The notes: generated by a model not told the origin, from the sequence alone. A stretch of 64,000 nucleotides of DNA from Candidatus Iainarchaeum sp. (GCA_017610175.1 JAFCCO010000002.1:43319-107318), one strand, 5' to 3'. Shown: positions 48,782-59,804, counted from the stretch's first letter. Made by a program: numbers and translations.

Positions 48782-49333
48782 ATGAAAAAAATGCTTTTTT
48801 TACTGCTTATTTTGTCAATTGCGTTTGCGGGATGCGTTCAGCCCCCTGCCGAGGACGTTAATTCAGACAGTGGCACAGACACCCCAAATGGAGTTGATGT
48901 TTTAATGGACACCGTTGAAGCCGGAGACAACATTAAGGTTGAATACAGAGGCGAGCTTGAGAACGGGGAAGTTTTTGACGCCAGCGAAAGGCGCGGGCAG
49001 CCACTTGCATTTGCAGCGGGAGCGGGACAGATGATTAAGGGATTTGACGAGGCAGTGATTGGAATGCGCCTCAACCAGGAAAAAACGGTTACAATTCCTG
49101 CGGAGAAGGCTTACGGGCTTCACGATGAAAAGCGCGTTGCAGAGCTCTCCAAAGAAAGCTTTGCCGACTTCTGGGACAGTCTTGTTGTTGGAATGGTTGT
49201 TTCAAGCCCTGAAGCAGGGAACGGAAAGGTCCTTGAACTAAAGGAAAACTCGGCAATAATTGACTTCAACCACAACCTAGCCGGAAAAACACTTGTTTTC
49301 TGGATTAAGGTTGTTGAAATCTCAAAGTCCTGA
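48782..49333 (+). CDS. FKBP-type peptidyl-prolyl isomerase (SlyD-like, with an IF insert), lipoprotein signal
   Basis: FKBP motifs (VEYRGELENGEVFD, IKGFDEAVIGM) and a lipobox LSIAFAGC. Confidence 0.85.
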   Translation: MKKMLFLLLILSIAFAGCVQPPAEDVNSDSGTDTPNGVDVLMDTVEAGDNIKVEYRGELENGEVFDASERRGQPLAFAAGAGQMIKGFDEAVIGMRLNQEKTVTIPAEKAYGLHDEKRVAELSKESFADFWDSLVVGMVVSSPEAGNGKVLELKENSAIIDFNHNLAGKTLVFWIKVVEISKS

Positions 49334-49395
49334 ATTTTGGGTTAGGGCAAATATTAAAAGCCTTTATTTGCCCATATCATTACATCACAGTATAT

Positions 49396-49479
49396 GCGGG
49401 AGTCCGATAGTGGCCAATTCGGCCAGGTTGAGGGCCTGGTGGCTTAGTGCCTTCGGGAGTTCGAATCTTCCCTCCCGCA
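49396..49479 (+). tRNA. tRNA-Leu (anticodon GAG)
   Basis: Class II fold: acceptor GCGGGAG/CTCCCGC; anticodon stem CCAGG/CCTGG with loop UUGAGGG; long variable arm; T-loop TTCGAAT. Confidence 0.85.
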
Positions 49480-49503
49480 TTTAATTTTAACGAAGTTTTT
49501 GCA

Positions 49504-50553
49504 ATGACCGAAAAACTTTCACCCGCAACTTTTATTGGTGTCGGGGGCAGCGACATAATTTCTTTTGGTTCGGGGCAGCCTGACCTGCCGCCTCCGCATG
49601 AAGTTTTTGAATGCATTAAGGACTACAAGTGCTTTAAGTACGGTCCAATCCCTGGCCAGCAGAATTTGCGCGAAGCGCTTGCAGCGCAGAATCCTGGCTT
49701 TTCCTTCGAAAATTTTGTTGTAACAAACGGGGCCTCCGAGGCTCTTGACCTAACTCTTAGGGCAATTGCAAAACCCAAGGACAAGATAATGCTCCACGTT
49801 CCCTATTATTATTCTTACAAACCGCTGGTTGAAATGAACCATCTTGAACCATCCTTTGTGAATACGGTGGAGGGCAAGATTGACATCTCCGATTTTGAGG
49901 AAAAGGTCCACAGTGTAAAGGCTGTGCTTATTAATTCTCCAAGCAATCCAACCGGGAGGGTTCAGGGTGTAAAGACCTTAAAGTTCATTGAGAAGATGAC
50001 TCGGGACCTTGACATTACGCTCATTTCGGACGAGGTTTACAAGGACCTGATTTACGAGCGAGAGAACTACGCGCTTTCAGGGCCTCACATTGTAACGGTT
50101 AATTCCTTCTCAAAGACTTTCTCAATGTGCGGGCTGCGAATCGGCTACCTTTTCTCAAACGACCTTTCAATTGTGAAAAAAGCAGTGGACATCAAGACCC
50201 ATACCTCAATGAACACAAGCATTATTTCGCAGGAAATGGCTCTTGCGGCAACAAGGGTTCCGCACAAGTTTGTTGAACAGCAGGTAAGCGTTTGGCGTGA
50301 GCGCAGGGACACAATCTACCGGGGCCTGCTTGATTTGGGGCTTGAGCTCTGGAAGCCGGAGGGTGCGTTCTATGTGCTGCCCAAAATTGAAAACTCGGAG
50401 CAATTTGTTTTGGACATGTTCAAAAAGCACAAGGTAATAACCTATCCTGGCGAATGGTTTGGTGCGCCTGGAAGAGTGCGTTTCTCTTACGCCCTTGATA
50501 AGGAAAAGATTGAACAGGGATTAAAACGCCTTGGAGAGTATCTCAAGCTCTGA
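49504..50553 (+). CDS. Class I/II pyridoxal-phosphate-dependent aminotransferase
   Basis: Aminotransferase fold motifs (NSPSNPTG, SFSKTFSMCGLRIGY). Confidence 0.85.
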   Translation: MTEKLSPATFIGVGGSDIISFGSGQPDLPPPHEVFECIKDYKCFKYGPIPGQQNLREALAAQNPGFSFENFVVTNGASEALDLTLRAIAKPKDKIMLHVPYYYSYKPLVEMNHLEPSFVNTVEGKIDISDFEEKVHSVKAVLINSPSNPTGRVQGVKTLKFIEKMTRDLDITLISDEVYKDLIYERENYALSGPHIVTVNSFSKTFSMCGLRIGYLFSNDLSIVKKAVDIKTHTSMNTSIISQEMALAATRVPHKFVEQQVSVWRERRDTIYRGLLDLGLELWKPEGAFYVLPKIENSEQFVLDMFKKHKVITYPGEWFGAPGRVRFSYALDKEKIEQGLKRLGEYLKL

Positions 50554-50598
50554 TAAATAGCTTTAAATTTTCCAAAATCCTTATTTTTGTGGTTTTAA

Positions 50599-51696
50599 AT
50601 GATTGAGACTTTGATTATTTTTGCAATAAGCCTTGCGGTTCTCATTAAGGGCGCGGACTTCATGGTTGATTCGGCCGCGCGTGTTGCAAAATTGTTTGGC
50701 ATAAGCGATTTCATGATTGGGCTGACGGTTGTTGCCATTGGAACTTCCTTGCCTGAGCTTGCGGCAAGCCTTACTGCCACTTTGCAGGGTGACACAGCGC
50801 TTGCGATTGGAAACATTCTCGGAAGCAATATCGCAAACTTGGGGCTTGTGATGGGAATAAGCGGCACTCTTGCTGTGATTAAGTTTGACCGTGAAATTCA
50901 TAACCGCGACGGCTACTTCATGCTTGTGGTTGTTGCCCTGTTTTACGTTCTTGCATTGGACGGCGTTCTCTCGCTTTGGGAGGGGGTTGCATTTGTCTGG
51001 CTTTTTGCCGCATACCTGCTTTACCTCATTATCACAAAGAAAAAGTTTAGGTACGAGTTCAGGTTCAGGCAGTACCTTAGTGAATTTATTGGCCTGCGGG
51101 GCAAGGAGTTTGTTCCAAGGTTTGACCGGGCTTTCTTTGCAGGGGTTGCCCGTTATGCCCACAGGGAAGTTCTTGCAGGTGTTTTTTATGAAATAAGGCG
51201 CAATCTGACAGTCATTTCAGATGTGCTGTCCCAGCAGATGGCTACAGTGAAATATTTCATTGTGCAGGCACTGCTTTTTTCGGTCGGGGTTGTTGCCGTT
51301 ATTGTTGGGGCCGATTTTTTGGTAAAGTCCGCTACAGCCCTTCCAATTCCCGAACTTGTTGTTGGTTTGGTTCTAATAAGTGTTGGAACTTCCTTGCCCG
51401 AGCTTGCGGTTGCAGTTTCCGCGGTTCGAAAAAATTACCCAAACATTATGATTGGGAACGTTATTGGAAGCAATATTGCAAACATTCTGATGGTTGCGGG
51501 AATTTCCGCAATAGCAGGGCCCCTTGCAATCCCTGGCATTTCGTTAAAGCTGCACTTCCCTTTCCTGTTCATGCTTACCTGGCTTTTCCTGGTGTTTAGC
51601 AAGAACGATTACAAAATCACAAGGATTGAGTCCTTCACTTTTATGCTAATGTATCTTGGCTTTGTTGCTTTTGCATTTATGGGCTTTCCAGGGTGA
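50599..51696 (+). CDS. Ca2+/cation antiporter (CaCA family)
   Basis: Two alpha-repeats (GTSLPELAASL... and GTSLPELAVAV...). Confidence 0.8.
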   Translation: MIETLIIFAISLAVLIKGADFMVDSAARVAKLFGISDFMIGLTVVAIGTSLPELAASLTATLQGDTALAIGNILGSNIANLGLVMGISGTLAVIKFDREIHNRDGYFMLVVVALFYVLALDGVLSLWEGVAFVWLFAAYLLYLIITKKKFRYEFRFRQYLSEFIGLRGKEFVPRFDRAFFAGVARYAHREVLAGVFYEIRRNLTVISDVLSQQMATVKYFIVQALLFSVGVVAVIVGADFLVKSATALPIPELVVGLVLISVGTSLPELAVAVSAVRKNYPNIMIGNVIGSNIANILMVAGISAIAGPLAIPGISLKLHFPFLFMLTWLFLVFSKNDYKITRIESFTFMLMYLGFVAFAFMGFPG

Positions 51697-52184
51697 TTCA
51701 ATTGAAGATTTTCGTTGCATTCTACAGCAAGAGCGGCACAACAAAAAGGGTTGCTGAGGAAATCGCCGGAGTTTTAACCAAAAAAAAGCACGCGGTTAAG
51801 CTGCATGAAATTGTTCCCGTTGAAAACCTTAAGGCCGCGCGCTATCCAAAGGATGGAAAGGGAATAAGGCTTGCCGAACCCATTCTTGAGCTTGCATCAT
51901 TTGATTTTGTCTTTGTTGGGACACCTGTGTGGGGCTTTTGCCCGGCGTCCCCAACACTTACTTTTCTGCGCCAGCTTAAGGGGGTTAAGGGAAAGCCGTT
52001 TGCACTTTTCAGCACCTGCACAGGCCTTCCCGGAACAACGATTAAGCGAATGGCAAACATTCTTGCAACCAAGGGGGCAAAAATTGGCGAGTCCCTCACA
52101 GTAAAAAGCATCTTTGAGCTGGACAGGGATGCAGTCAATTCAATCAGGAAATTTGCAGAGAATGCTTTACTCAAAGTCCCTTAA
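51693..52184 (+). CDS. Flavodoxin-like fold protein
   Basis: N-terminus KIFVAFYSKSGTTKRVAEEI, resembling a flavodoxin FMN-binding loop. Confidence 0.6.
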   Translation: MIQLKIFVAFYSKSGTTKRVAEEIAGVLTKKKHAVKLHEIVPVENLKAARYPKDGKGIRLAEPILELASFDFVFVGTPVWGFCPASPTLTFLRQLKGVKGKPFALFSTCTGLPGTTIKRMANILATKGAKIGESLTVKSIFELDRDAVNSIRKFAENALLKVP

Positions 52185-52997
52185 CTGCTCAACTATTTCC
52201 GACGCAATTTCGAACTCTTCGTCTTCGCTTATTTTCTTTTTCTTTTTCGAAGCCTTTTTTCTCTGTGATTCAACCGATGAAAGCCTTTCCTTGAGCTCAC
52301 CCATTACGTGGTTTACATCTTCTTCACCGTAAATTTCTTTCACCTGTGCCTCAAGCTCAATTAGCTTCTGTTTTCTGTCGCGAATAAGCTTTTGGTAGGT
52401 TGGCCCGTCAATTTTTCTTTTCAGGTAAAGCTTTTGCGTGATATCCATTTCTTTCAGGAGACGCCTTTTGCCGCTAAGCAGTTCGTTTACAATGTGCCTT
52501 TTTTTTGCCGCAAGTTCCTTTATCTGCGGGTCCTCAATTTTTTCAGGGAATGTTTCCTTGTTGAACTTTTCATCAATCTGCGCTTCCAACTCAATTAGCC
52601 TTGTTTGCTTTTCGCGAAAAATTTCAATAAAGTCCTTTTTGCTCAACTGCCTTTTCATGTATTGTTTTTCAAGCAGTGAAATTTCGCGAAGAACCACTTT
52701 CTTTTGGACCATCACTTCCTTGAGCGAGCTTGTCTTGTATTTTATTTTTACATAAAGAAGGCCCAGCCCAAGCAGTAATGCAAGCAAAAGAAGTGCTCCG
52801 CCAATTGCAAGGAATGCGGGCGTAAAGAACACAATGGCAAGCGCAAGGGCCGCAATGCCTCCAATAATCAGCGGGTTTTTCTGCAGGGCCTTGATTATTT
52901 CCCGCAGTTTTTCCTTTGGGTCTATTTTGATTTTTCCCGGGTCTGCGGTGGCCTGCTCCGCAATTTCAGCCACGCTCTTTTTTCTAGGCATGTACAA
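52167..52997 (-). CDS. Membrane-anchored coiled-coil protein with an internal tandem duplication
   Basis: Two N-terminal TM helices; two homologous modules of about 60 aa (…LIELEAQIDEKF / …LIELEAQVKEIY). Confidence 0.5.
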   Translation of the reverse strand: MYMPRKKSVAEIAEQATADPGKIKIDPKEKLREIIKALQKNPLIIGGIAALALAIVFFTPAFLAIGGALLLLALLLGLGLLYVKIKYKTSSLKEVMVQKKVVLREISLLEKQYMKRQLSKKDFIEIFREKQTRLIELEAQIDEKFNKETFPEKIEDPQIKELAAKKRHIVNELLSGKRRLLKEMDITQKLYLKRKIDGPTYQKLIRDRKQKLIELEAQVKEIYGEEDVNHVMGELKERLSSVESQRKKASKKKKKISEDEEFEIASEIVEQLRDFE

Positions 52998-53039
52998 ACA
53001 ATCGCGCTTTTATAATAAAAAGCTTGCCCCAACCCCTAT

Positions 53040-53216
53040 TTTTTGCCGTAAATCAGTGAAAAGAGGTAAACAAGCCCGCCGCCGAAAATGAAGACAGCAA
53101 TCAGCACATCTGCAAGCCCCCTGTTTAAGAGAACGTCTTCTATGTACATGAAGCTTCCGACAATCATTGCAAGTGCCACAACCATTTCAGCCGACATTGA
53201 TAATGCATCTGCCATA
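53040..53216 (-). CDS. Small membrane protein (58 aa), speculative
   Basis: MADALSMSAEMVVALAMIVGSFMYIEDVLLNRGLADVLIAVFIFGGGLVYLFSLIYGKK; below the ORF-track cutoff. Confidence 0.3.
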
Positions 53217-53383
53217 GTAGAATAAGCCCCTAAAAAGTATAAAAAACTTACTTGCCTGCGTTAATTAGTGAATAATTGCGTTTTTTTGGGTTTTTCCCAC
53301 CCCATCCGGGGAAAAGGCAACTCTTTTTAAGGAATCCAGACCATATTTTTTAATAGAAGTTTTGCCGATTCTTTTTTATTATT

Positions 53384-53458
53384 GGATCCGTAGCATAGCC
53401 TGGATAGTGCAGCTGGCTTCTAACCAGCAGGTCGTGGGTTCGAATCCCACCGGATCCA
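53384..53458 (+). tRNA. tRNA-Arg (anticodon TCT)
   Basis: Acceptor GGATCCG/CGGATCC; anticodon stem GCTGG/CCAGC with loop CUUCUAA; T-loop TTCGAAT. Confidence 0.85.
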
Positions 53459-53557
53459 TTTAGCAAACAAAACAGTTAGCAGCTCTTTAAGGTTCGAAAA
53501 TATCGTTTGCAAAGCACGGTGTGCGGAAAGTAAGTATTAAATACAACTATCTTCTTA

Positions 53558-54052
53558 GTGATTGAAATGAAAGAAATTGCGCTAATCTCAATTGCATTGC
53601 TTGTTCTGTTTGCGGGTTGCGTTCAACAGCCTGAGCTGCCGGCTGAATTGCCGGAAGATTTTGAGGTCGAGTATGGAAGCGGGGCAATGCATTTGGATTG
53701 GGGATATTACACTTTAAAGATTGATTCCGGTGGAAGCGCTGTTTTTGAAAAATTAAGGGGTGTGGATTCTAGCAAAAGATACAGCTTTTCCGTAAGTGAG
53801 CCGGAGCGGAAAAAAATTTATGACTCTGCAATGGTAAACGGTTTCTTTTCATTAAACGACAACTATGAGGACTTATTTGTAATGGACGGGGGTTGGAGCA
53901 AAATAACTATTAGGGCAAATGGAAAAAGCAAAACGGTTAATTTGCAGAATTATTATTTAGATTCGTTTGAAAAAGTTGAGACCGAAATATCAACGCTTAT
54001 TCTTTCAAAAGTCGGTGAAGAAGCCTTTTCTTTCACTGATTTGGCGGATTAA
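53558..54052 (+). CDS. Putative lipoprotein, hypothetical
   Basis: Signal peptide with a lipobox LLVLFAGC. Confidence 0.5.
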   Translation: MIEMKEIALISIALLVLFAGCVQQPELPAELPEDFEVEYGSGAMHLDWGYYTLKIDSGGSAVFEKLRGVDSSKRYSFSVSEPERKKIYDSAMVNGFFSLNDNYEDLFVMDGGWSKITIRANGKSKTVNLQNYYLDSFEKVETEISTLILSKVGEEAFSFTDLAD

Positions 54053-54189
54053 TAATGCAAAAAATAAAGATTAAGCTTTTTTCCCCAACAAAACCATTAA
54101 AACCTCTAACTGACACTTTTTTTATGCAAACCTAACAAGGTTTTGGCAAACTTTTAATTAATCCAATGCAGTAATCAGATGTGGTTTGA

Positions 54190-55899
54190 ATGGTTTCCCC
54201 AAAACAGAAAATAGCAAAAGCGCTCGAGAGCGCTCTTGAAAAACAGCTTTCGCAGGAAGAAATTCTTTCAATGCTTGAGGTTCCGCCACAGCCTGAAATG
54301 GGAGACTTTGCATTCCCCTGCTTCAAGCTGTCCAAAATCCTGAAAAAGGCTCCGCAGGAAATTTCGGCAGAGCTTTCAACCAAAATCAAGCTCCCGTCCA
54401 TGGTTTCCGAGGCAAAAATAGCAGGGCCATACCTCAACTTTTTTGTGAAAAAGGATTGGGCTGCAAAGCAGGCAATTTCAGCAGTGCTCAAGCAAGGGGA
54501 CCTGTACGGTTTTGGAAAGGCCGGCAGGGGGAAAAAGGTAATGATTGAATACTCTGCCCCAAACACAAACAAGCCGCTGCACGTCGGGCACTTGAGGAAC
54601 GACTGCATTGGCATGTCCATTGGAAACATCCTTGAGGCAACAGGGCACAAGGTAACGCGTGCAAACCTTGTGAATGACAGGGGGATTCATATCTGCAAAA
54701 GCATGCTTGCATATAAAAAATGGGGTAAGGGCAAGGAGCCAAACAAGAAGTCAGACCACTTTGTGGGGGACTACTATGTTCTGTTCAACCAGAAGGTAAA
54801 GGAAGACCCTTCGCTTGAGGAAGAGGCCCGCTTTTTGCTGAAGAAGTGGGAGAACAAGGACAAGGAAACGCTTGCGCTGTGGAAAAAAATGAACGCATGG
54901 GCCTTCAAGGGATTCAAAGAGACGTACAAATCGTTTGGAACAAGGTTTGATGTTTGGCTGAAAGAGTCTGAATTCTTTGACAAGGCAAAGCCGATTATTG
55001 AGGATGGATTGGAGAAAGGGGTTTTCTTTGAGGACGACAACGGGGCAATCGTTGCAGGGCTCGAACACCACAACATCCCAAACAAGGTTGTTCTTCGCTC
55101 GGACGGCACATCAATTTACATCACAAACGATTTGGCTCTTACAAAACACAAGTTTGAACACTTTAAGCTTGACCAGGCAATTTGGGTTGTTGCAAGCGAG
55201 CAAAACCTTTACTTCCAGCAGCTCTTCAAAATCTTTGAACTGCTTGGATTCGGGTGGGCAGGCTCCTGTAAGCACAGAAGCTATGGAATGGTTTACCTTC
55301 CGGAAGGGAAGATGAAGTCAAGGGAGGGAACGGTTGTTGACGCGGACAATTTGTTTGAGGACATGTCAGCTCTTGCAGCCAAAGAAGTGAAGAAGCGCTA
55401 TCCAAAACTTTCAAAGGCAGAGCTTGAAAAGAGGGCAAAGGCAATCGCGCTTGCGGCAATAAAATTCTACATGCTAAAGGTTGACGAGGCAAGGGATTTG
55501 CAGTTCAATCCAAAGGAAAGCCTTTCATTCGAGGGCGAAACAGGGCCTTACATCCAGTACACTTTTGCGCGGGCAAAAAGTATTCTGCGCAAGGCAAAGA
55601 AGCCAAAGAAGGTTGATTATTCAAAGCTTGAAACAGATTTGGAAAAGCAGATTGTAATGCTTTTATACAAGTTCCCGCAGACCGTTGAGAAGGCAGCACT
55701 TTCCCTGCAGCCACATCTTGTTTCACAGCATTTGATTGAGCTTGCGACCTCATTCAATTCGTTCTACCACTCAAGCCGCGTGCTGAACGCGGAGTCAGAA
55801 GAGCTTGCAAACGCAAGGCTTGCCCTTGTTGAGGCGGTTGCACAGGTAGTGAAGAATGGACTTAATCTGCTGAACATTAAGCCGATTGAAAAGATGTAA
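54190..55899 (+). CDS. argS: Arginyl-tRNA synthetase
   Basis: HVGHLRN (HIGH-type) motif, and a C-terminal DALR anticodon-binding domain ending ...PIEKM. Confidence 0.95.
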   Translation: MVSPKQKIAKALESALEKQLSQEEILSMLEVPPQPEMGDFAFPCFKLSKILKKAPQEISAELSTKIKLPSMVSEAKIAGPYLNFFVKKDWAAKQAISAVLKQGDLYGFGKAGRGKKVMIEYSAPNTNKPLHVGHLRNDCIGMSIGNILEATGHKVTRANLVNDRGIHICKSMLAYKKWGKGKEPNKKSDHFVGDYYVLFNQKVKEDPSLEEEARFLLKKWENKDKETLALWKKMNAWAFKGFKETYKSFGTRFDVWLKESEFFDKAKPIIEDGLEKGVFFEDDNGAIVAGLEHHNIPNKVVLRSDGTSIYITNDLALTKHKFEHFKLDQAIWVVASEQNLYFQQLFKIFELLGFGWAGSCKHRSYGMVYLPEGKMKSREGTVVDADNLFEDMSALAAKEVKKRYPKLSKAELEKRAKAIALAAIKFYMLKVDEARDLQFNPKESLSFEGETGPYIQYTFARAKSILRKAKKPKKVDYSKLETDLEKQIVMLLYKFPQTVEKAALSLQPHLVSQHLIELATSFNSFYHSSRVLNAESEELANARLALVEAVAQVVKNGLNLLNIKPIEKM

Positions 55900-55900
55900 T

Positions 55901-56152
55901 TTAGAATGTTACACTGTGCTTTTTAGCAATCTTTTTTATGTTTGCAACATCGGTCTGCCTTAAAACACCTGAAACAGCTCCTGTGTGAATGTTTTGAATC
56001 CTTCTCAGAATAACCTGATCGGGCCCTGAAATTACCCCTTCCGGAAGCCTGTAGAGTGCCTCAATCCCTTTTGCAACCTGAAGCTTTAGCCTCTGGGCCT
56101 TTGGCTTTGGTTTTCCCGCAGCGATTCTTCTAATCTTTCTGCTTGGTCTCAT
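55901..56152 (-). CDS. Small basic protein, hypothetical (weak resemblance to ribosomal protein L14e)
   Basis: 83 aa, Lys/Arg-rich N-terminus; GP...RR..NI.H..T loosely recalls L14e. Unconfirmed. Confidence 0.35.
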   Translation of the reverse strand: MRPSRKIRRIAAGKPKPKAQRLKLQVAKGIEALYRLPEGVISGPDQVILRRIQNIHTGAVSGVLRQTDVANIKKIAKKHSVTF

Positions 56153-56187
56153 GTACAGAATAAGCTGTTCCCTGAATTTAATTCTTT

Positions 56188-58896
56188 CTATTCGAGAACA
56201 ATTGCCGGTTTTGCCGGCAGGGCATTTCTTGCCTTTGGAATCTTGCTTTTTTCGGCCTTTTCAATTTTTACCTTGCAGGCAAACTCTTTCTCAAGCTCGG
56301 CAGAAACATCTTTTAAGGCCTTGAACTCGTCTATTTTTGTTGCCTCGCGGTATTCGCCTAGCTTTTTTACAATCGCTTTAACGAATCCAGGCATTTCCTT
56401 TGCATTTACACCCTTTACTTTTGAGGCGGCCTTCATTGCGCCCCCGAAGTCAGGCTTTTCCCCAACAGCTTTGCGGATTGCTGAAATTGCATCCCACTTC
56501 CACTCGGGCGCAACAATCAATGTCATTGTTCCAATTTTTTCAATCTTTGCAAGCTCCTTTACCTGCGCAACGTCCTGCTTCACGCTGTCAAGCAGTGCTT
56601 CCGCTGCCTCGGCGCCCTTGTCTATAAGTTTCTCGTTTGCTTTAGGCCAGTTGGCAACCGAAACAAAGCCCTTTTTTCCGATTCTGTTCCAGAGTTCCTC
56701 GCTGATGTGCGGCGCAAACGGTGAAAGCAGCTTAAGAATTGTTTCGACACAGAATCCTTTCAGGTTCTTGTCTGCGCCTACGTGCCTTTCCTTTCTGAGC
56801 TCCTCCACCAGTTTTACGATTGCCGCAATCGCATAGTTGATGTGCTTTTCCTCAAGCTCGTGGGTTGTTGTAAGAATTGCCCTGTGTGTTTTGGAGAGCA
56901 GCAGCTTTTCAGAGCTTGAAAGATTTGAAGCATCAATTTTGCCAAACCCAAGCTTATTCTTTTCGGTTTCAACAAAGTCAATCACGCGGTTTAGGAACCT
57001 AAAAACGCTTTCAACCCCTTTTTCGTTCCACTCAAGCTCTTTCTCAGGCAGGGCGGAATAAAGCATGAACATCCTTGCGGTGTCTGTATTGAACTTGTTG
57101 ATTATTTCCATTGGGTCGACAACGTTTCCAAAGCTTTTGCTCATCTTTCTTCCGTCCTTGATTACCATTCCCTGTGTGAACAGCCTCTCGAACGGTTCAT
57201 CGATATTAATGAATCCGCAGTCGCGCAAAGCCTTTGTGAAAAACCTTGCGTAAAGCAAGTGTAAGATTGCATGCTCTATTCCCCCAATGTACTGGTCTAC
57301 AGCCATCCACTTGTGTACAATGTCCTTGCTAAACGGCTCTTTCCTGTTTTTCGGGTCGCAGTACCTTAGGAAATACCAAGACGAGTCAAAGAACGTGTCC
57401 ATTGTGTCTGTTTCCCTTTTTCCCTTTCCGCCGCATTTTGGGCAGGGGCAGTTCACAAACTTTTCGCTTGTGGTTAGCGGGTTTTTGCCACCAAACTTTA
57501 CCTCGCTTGATTCAGGGAGCAGCACAGGCAAGTCCTTTTCCGGAACGGGGTTTGCCCCGCACTTTTCGCAGTAAATTATGGGAATTGGCGTGCCCCAAAA
57601 CCTTTGCCTTGAAATAAGCCAGTCCCTTAGCCTGAAGTTAACTGTTTTCTTTCCCTTTTTGTCTTTCTCAAGCCAGTTTGAAATGTCCTCAATTGCCTTG
57701 CGGTTCTCCAAACCGGTGAACTGCGCACTGTTTACAAGAATTCCCTCGTCCACATAGGCCTTGCCCATGTTGAATGCGTCAAGTTCCTTTCCCTTTGGCT
57801 GAATCACAACGCGTTTCTGCAGCCCGTATTTTTCCGCAAACTCAAAGTCCCTTTGGTCGTGTGTTGGGACACACATTACCATTCCGGTTCCGTATCCGCT
57901 AACTGCAAAGTCAGCCGCAAAGATTGGAATCACTTCATCATTAACCGGGTTAACTGCGTACTTTTCGAGGAAAATTCCCCTCTTTTCCTTTCCCTCCGCA
58001 AGCCGGTCAATCAGGCTCTCCCCCTTTACCTCTTCAACAAATTTCTTGACGTCTGCTTCGTTTTCCGTTCCCTTCACAAGCTTTTTAACCATCGGGTGCT
58101 CGGGGGCAATTGCAAGGAATGTCACCCCAAACAGCGTGTCCGGCCTTGTGGTAAAAGTTGTAAGCGCTTCTCCGGAATCCTTTTCCTTAAAGAAAACTTC
58201 CACTCCCTCGCTTTTTCCAATCCAGTTCCTCTGCATTGTCTTAACTTTCTTTGGCCACTCGCCAAGCATACTCAAATCCTCAAGCAGTTCATCGGCGTAA
58301 TCGGTTATCTTCAAAAACCACTGTTCCAGTTCCTTTGCCTCAACCTCTGTGTCGTCGTGCCTCCAGCACTTCCCATCAACGACCTGTTCGTTTGCAAGAA
58401 CTGTCTGGCATTTCGGGCACCAGTTTACAGGGGCTTTTTTCTTGTAGGCCAGGCCCTTTTTCAAAAATTCGATGAAGAACTTCTGGTTCCACCTGTAGTA
58501 ATCCGGCCTGCAGGTTGCTAACTCCCTGTCCCAGTCATAGCTGTTTCCGAGAATGAACTGCTGTTCCCGCATGTCCTTTATTTGGTTTTCGGTCCATTCT
58601 TTTGGGTCGGCATTTTGCTTGATTGCCGCGTTCTCCGCAGGGAGCCCAAAGGAGTCGTATCCCATTGGGTAAAGTACGTTGAATCCCTGCATTCTCTTAA
58701 AGCGGGCAAACGCGTCCCCTATCGAGTAGTTTCGAACGTGGCCCATGTGCAGTCTGCCGGTTGGGTAGGGAAACATTTCAAGCACGTAGTAGCGCTTTTT
58801 CTTGCTTTTTTCATCGGCCTTGAAAACGCCTTCCTTTCTCCAGGCCTTTTGCCACTTTTCCTCAATTTTTCTGAAGTCCTTGCCCATTTTGGTCAC
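56188..58896 (-). CDS. leuS: Leucyl-tRNA synthetase, bacterial type
   Basis: [19 protein letters not shown]...[10 protein letters not shown]...TVLANEQV...KTMQRNWIG is collinear with, and highly similar to, E. coli LeuRS motifs; KMSKS is present. Confidence 0.95.
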   Translation of the reverse strand: MTKMGKDFRKIEEKWQKAWRKEGVFKADEKSKKKRYYVLEMFPYPTGRLHMGHVRNYSIGDAFARFKRMQGFNVLYPMGYDSFGLPAENAAIKQNADPKEWTENQIKDMREQQFILGNSYDWDRELATCRPDYYRWNQKFFIEFLKKGLAYKKKAPVNWCPKCQTVLANEQVVDGKCWRHDDTEVEAKELEQWFLKITDYADELLEDLSMLGEWPKKVKTMQRNWIGKSEGVEVFFKEKDSGEALTTFTTRPDTLFGVTFLAIAPEHPMVKKLVKGTENEADVKKFVEEVKGESLIDRLAEGKEKRGIFLEKYAVNPVNDEVIPIFAADFAVSGYGTGMVMCVPTHDQRDFEFAEKYGLQKRVVIQPKGKELDAFNMGKAYVDEGILVNSAQFTGLENRKAIEDISNWLEKDKKGKKTVNFRLRDWLISRQRFWGTPIPIIYCEKCGANPVPEKDLPVLLPESSEVKFGGKNPLTTSEKFVNCPCPKCGGKGKRETDTMDTFFDSSWYFLRYCDPKNRKEPFSKDIVHKWMAVDQYIGGIEHAILHLLYARFFTKALRDCGFINIDEPFERLFTQGMVIKDGRKMSKSFGNVVDPMEIINKFNTDTARMFMLYSALPEKELEWNEKGVESVFRFLNRVIDFVETEKNKLGFGKIDASNLSSSEKLLLSKTHRAILTTTHELEEKHINYAIAAIVKLVEELRKERHVGADKNLKGFCVETILKLLSPFAPHISEELWNRIGKKGFVSVANWPKANEKLIDKGAEAAEALLDSVKQDVAQVKELAKIEKIGTMTLIVAPEWKWDAISAIRKAVGEKPDFGGAMKAASKVKGVNAKEMPGFVKAIVKKLGEYREATKIDEFKALKDVSAELEKEFACKVKIEKAEKSKIPKARNALPAKPAIVLE

Positions 58897-58926
58897 CGAG
58901 CTTAGTATTTTTTAAGCAGGACAATA

Positions 58927-59121
58927 TTAAAGAAGGTTTCTGGTGGTTAAAACGTAGAATATAATGGTTATTGAAATAACTACCATAAACACTATGTCTC
59001 GCTTGGAAAGCTCCCAAACCTTGCCTTTCAGGCCAAGCTTTTCCTCAATTGTGTCAAGCCTTTTTTCAATTGCCCCAAGCCTTTTTTCAATTCCTTTCTC
59101 TTCCTTTTTTTCCTCAACCAT
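58927..59121 (-). CDS. Small coiled-coil / TM protein, hypothetical
   Basis: 64 aa; repeat IEKRLGAIEKRLDTIEEKLG; C-terminal TM helix. Confidence 0.3.
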   Translation of the reverse strand: MVEEKKEEKGIEKRLGAIEKRLDTIEEKLGLKGKVWELSKRDIVFMVVISITIIFYVLTTRNLL

Positions 59122-59161
59122 AGCGGTAGAATTAGCCGTTTTTCTTAATTAAACTTTCCTT

Positions 59162-59791
59162 TTATGCACCAACCGCCTTTTTTATGAATTTCCTGAACGG
59201 GAACCTTCCGTAAACAATGTCCCGCCCTGCAAAATGCTTCAAAACCCCGTCTTTTGGATAGCCCATTTTTACCGCAAGCTTTGCGGAAAGGATGTCAGCC
59301 ATCAGTTCCTCTGCCTGCTCAAAGCTCAGCCCGTAATGCATTGCAAACCCTGAGAGTGCCGGCTTTGGAAAGTGCGCATACTCGTGTGCAAGGGTAAAGA
59401 TTCCCCCAATTGTCAGCTTGTCGCCCTCGAACAAGTGCTCTGAAGGCATGTTGATGAAGTCGCTTTTTACCGCAAAAGCCCTGGTTCCCTTTTGGTAAAT
59501 TGTAATCTGGTTCACGTGCTCGCCCTTTACAACGCTTGCCATAACCCTTCCCCCTGCCCGAATTATTCGCTCGCGCAGGTTTCTTCTTGGGTAAAAGTAT
59601 ATTGGGGTTGTTTCGACATTGCGGCGCATCAGGCCGTAAATCTTTTCAGAGAGCTTGTCCGGCGCGCTCTTGTGCAGTTCCTTGAGGGCCTTTACAGCCT
59701 CTTTTCTGAATTTGTCAAGTGCCTTCTTTCGCTTGTTTGAAAGAATTGGCTTTTTGAAAAAAAGAAAAAGCATGAAACATAAAATGCTCAA
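59162..59791 (-). CDS. Putative zinc metallopeptidase-like protein (HExxH)
   Basis: The motif LAHEYAHF is the only recognisable feature. Confidence 0.4.
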   Translation of the reverse strand: MSILCFMLFLFFKKPILSNKRKKALDKFRKEAVKALKELHKSAPDKLSEKIYGLMRRNVETTPIYFYPRRNLRERIIRAGGRVMASVVKGEHVNQITIYQKGTRAFAVKSDFINMPSEHLFEGDKLTIGGIFTLAHEYAHFPKPALSGFAMHYGLSFEQAEELMADILSAKLAVKMGYPKDGVLKHFAGRDIVYGRFPFRKFIKKAVGA

Positions 59792-59804
59792 ACCTTATTT
59801 AACA

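Noticed and set aside
53290-53330. The hairpin TTTTTCCC-acc..atcc-GGGGAAAA upstream of tRNA-Arg, considered as a regulatory element.
   Set aside because: It is a short stem in an intergenic spacer with no adjacent co-oriented gene to terminate. I noted it but found too little evidence to call a function.
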